Assembly: GCA_963700185.1 (NCBI GenBank)
Contig: CAVOWP010000029.1
Coordinates: 35,521 to 99,520, forward strand
Length of the DNA stretch: 64,000 nt
Origin: an uncultured Alphaproteobacteria bacterium
Lineage (GTDB): Bacteria > Pseudomonadota > Alphaproteobacteria > ATCC43930 > CGMCC-115725
Direction of reading: 5' to 3'
Shown piece after piece: positions 61,701 through 64,000 of this stretch. The position numbers were made by a program, and so were the translations under genes. The notes beneath the pieces were generated by a model, which worked only from the letters and a program-made list of their open reading frames with translations, did no database searches and was not told the DNA's origin. Numbering within the stretch: position 1 is the first letter of the stretch; each line of letters starts with the position of its first letter.

Positions 61701-62877
61701 TGATCGCGGGCACCACGAATGGCGGCTCGGTGCGCCGAGCTATGCCGCAGGCCGAGAGCTACCTCGACTGGAACGCAACGGCGCCGCTGCGGCCCGAGGC
61801 GGCGGCCGCCATGTCGGAAGCGCTGCGCCGCTGGGGTAATCCGTCCTCGGTGCATCGGCGCGGCCGAGCGGCGCGCCAGATCATCGAGCGCGCCCGCGAG
61901 GCTGTGGCGGGTCTGCTCGGTGATGTAGATCCAAGCGGCGTGGTCTTCGTCAGCGGCGGGACCGAGGCCAATCACCTTGCCCTGCTCGGTGCCGGTCGCG
62001 AGCGGGTCCTCGTTTCGGCGGTCGAGCACGATTCGGTCCGTTACGCGGTTCCTGCTGCCGAAATCATTCCGGTCGGTCCCGACGGGATCGTCGCTCTCGA
62101 CGCACTCGACCGGCTGCTCGGCGCCGATGTGCGCCCGGCTCTGCGTGTCTGTGATGTACGCCAATAACGAGACCGGCGTTATCCAACCGATAGCCGAAAT
62201 CGCCGCGATTGCGCGTCGGCATGGCGCCATCTTCCATTGTGACGCCGTCCAGGCTGCCGGCAAGGTCGCCCTAGAGGTCGGCACGATCGGCGCCGATCTC
62301 GTCACATTGTCGGCACACAAGATCGGCGGCCCGCCGGGGGTCGGCGCCCTAGTTGTGACCGGCGGGGTCGATCTGGCGCCGCTGTTGCGCGGCGGCGGCC
62401 AGGAGCACCGACGCCGTGCCGGAACCGAGAACCTGCCCGGGATCGCCGGTTTCGCCGCCGCTGCCGCCGCTGCCGCAGCAGAACTAGCCGTTTATGAAAG
62501 GGTCGCCGCATTGCGCGACGGATTGGAAGCGGAGATCGCCGCGATCGCCCCCGAGTGCCGTCGTGCTCGGCGCCGCAGCACCCCGCTTGCCCAACACCTC
62601 GGCGATCGCGATGCCCGGCGTCGCCGCCGAGACGCAGGTCGTCGCCCTCGATCTCGACGGCGTCATGGTCAGTGCCGGCGCCGCCTGCTCTTCGGGCAAA
62701 GTTGGGCCGAGCCACGTGCTGGCGGCGATGCGGGTCGATCCCGAGATCGCTGCCTCGACGATCCGGGTCAGCCTCGGCTGGAGCTCGAGCGAGGCCGAGA
62801 TCGACCATTTTCTGCGGGCTTGGACCGCCCTCTACCGGCGCTGCCGCGGTCTCGCCGAAGGGGCGCGCGCGGCATGA
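61700..62877 (+). CDS. cysteine desulfurase (NifS/class V aminotransferase); two +1 frameshifts (about 62150 and about 62560)
   Basis: ..YLDWNATAPLRPEA..GNPSSVHRRGR..VFVSGGTEANHLAL.. then ..MYANNETGVIQP..FHCDAVQAAGKV..LSAHKIGGPPGVGAL..RRRAGTEN.. then ..GAACSSGKV.PSHVLAAM... The start overlaps the iscR stop (TGATG); an alternative start is at 61742. Confidence 0.85.
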
Positions 62878-64000
62878 CGTCGATGCTTGCCGATCCGCGC
62901 CCGCGGCTTTCCTCCGAGCCGGTGGTCAACACGCCGCCCATCTATCTCGACAACCAATCGACGACACCGGCTCGACCCGCGCGTCCTCGAGGCGATGCTG
63001 CCGTACTTCACCGAGCATTTTGGCAACCCGCACAGCACCAGCCACGCTTATGGCCGTGTCGCCGCCGAGGCCATCGAGCGCGCCCGCGGCGAGATTGCTG
63101 CGCTGATCCAAGCCGATCCGCGCGAGATCGTCTTCACCTCGGGCGCGACCGAAGCGAACAATCTCGCGATCAAGGGCGCGGCACATTTCGCCCGCGCTCA
63201 CCCGCAGAATGGGCAGGTGCGCGATCACATCGTGGCGCTGCAGACCGAGCACAAATGCGTGCTCGAAAGCTGCCGGGGATTGGAGCGGGAAGGCTTCGCG
63301 GTCACTTATCTCCCCGTCGAGCCGGACGGTCTCGTCTCGGTTGCCGCGCTCGAAGGGGCGCTGTCCGAGCGAACGCTCCTCGTGTCGGTCATGGCCGCCC
63401 ACAACGAGATCGGGGTCATCCAGCCACTCGCCGAGATCGGTGCGCTGTGCCGCTCCAAGGGTGTGCTGTTCCACACCGATGCCGCGCAGGCCTTCGGCAA
63501 GATCCCGCTCGACGTCGGGGCGATGAAGATCGACCTGCTGTCGATTTCCGGCCACAAGATCTACGGGCCCAAGGGAATCGGCGCGCTCTACATCCGGCGC
63601 CGGCCGCGGGTGCGGCTGCTGCCGCTGATCGATGGCGGCGGGCAGGAGCGGGGCCTGCGCTCGGGAACCTTGCCGACGCCGCTCTGCGTCGGGCTCGGCC
63701 GGGCGGCAGCGATCGCCGGCGCCGAAATGACCGAGGAAGCGGAACGGCTCCGGCGCCTCAGAGACGGCCTTTTGCGAAACCTCGCTCGACGCGTCCCCGG
63801 GCTTCGCGTCAACGGCGACCTCGAGCAAAGGCTGCCCGGCAGTCTCAACCTCTCGTTTGCCGAGATCCCGGCACTGACCTTGATCGAGGCTGTTCCGAGC
63901 ATCGCGATCTCGACCGGCTCGGCCTGCACCTCGGCGTCGGTCGAGCCCTCTTATGTGCTGCGCGCGCTCGGGCTTCCGGATACGCTCGCCAACGCCTCGA
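62874..64000 (+). CDS. iscS: cysteine desulfurase IscS/NifS-type; one +1 insertion at about 62968; 3' end runs off the window
   Basis: ATGA overlap with the previous stop. After the shift: DPRVLEAMLPYFTEHFGNPHSTSHAYG..FTSGATEANNLAIKG..MAAHNEIGVIQP..FHTDAAQAFGKIPLDV..LSISGHKIYGPKGIGALY..RSGTLPTPL..STGSACTSASVEPSYVLRALG. Confidence 0.9.
   Translation, partial: MTSMLADPRPRLSSEPVVNTPPIYLDNQSTTPARPARPRGDAAVLHRAFWQPAQHQPRLWPCRRRGHRARPRRDCCADPSRSARDRLHLGRDRSEQSRDQGRGTFRPRSPAEWAGARSHRGAADRAQMRARKLPGIGAGRLRGHLSPRRAGRSRLGCRARRGAVRANAPRVGHGRPQRDRGHPATRRDRCAVPLQGCAVPHRCRAGLRQDPARRRGDEDRPAVDFRPQDLRAQGNRRALHPAPAAGAAAAADRWRRAGAGPALGNLADAALRRARPGGSDRRRRNDRGSGTAPAPQRRPFAKPRSTRPRASRQRRPRAKAARQSQPLVCRDPGTDLDRGCSEHRDLDRLGLHLGVGRALLCAARARASGYARQRL

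Overview
High-GC chromosomal segment with the gene order and intergenic palindromes typical of an alphaproteobacterium of the order Hyphomicrobiales/Rhizobiales (family-level guess Bradyrhizobiaceae or Beijerinckiaceae; this is inference). It is mostly housekeeping and catabolic genes: mutT-argJ, a parvulin PPIase, secA, tamA-tamB, rpmB, meaB, an Atm1-type ABC exporter, apaG-folE, ctpA, serC-serA, hisZ-purA and cysE-iscR plus two cysteine desulfurases. Around these sit many oxidoreductase and hydrolase paralogs: 2 GMC, 4 luciferase-like monooxygenase family (LLM), 4 alpha/beta hydrolases, a TauD, a split TPP decarboxylase, a secreted haem peroxidase and a sulfatase. I found no rRNA, tRNA or CRISPR array.

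Mobile and accessory content:
- a partial IS5-family element at the left edge;
- an IS110-family element beside a REP palindrome;
- a RelE/HigB-like toxin plus XRE antitoxin pair sitting between the secA stop and a decayed, internally deleted copy of the secA tail;
- a roughly 1.45 kb AT-richer islet of four orphan small ORFs between tamA and rpmB.

Main caveat: at least about 30 reading-frame breaks occur, including in essential genes (secA, purA, argJ, iscS, tamAB). Every junction I could resolve by hand is a single-base +1 insertion, usually extending a short homopolymer. That looks like a consensus or sequencing artefact rather than real pseudogenes, so I annotate those genes as single frameshifted CDSs.

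I see no convincing wholly new multi-gene system. The best second-look candidates are the secA-tail duplication with its TA cargo and adjacent IS110, the structured non-coding flanks of the IS110 element, and the AT-rich small-ORF islet.
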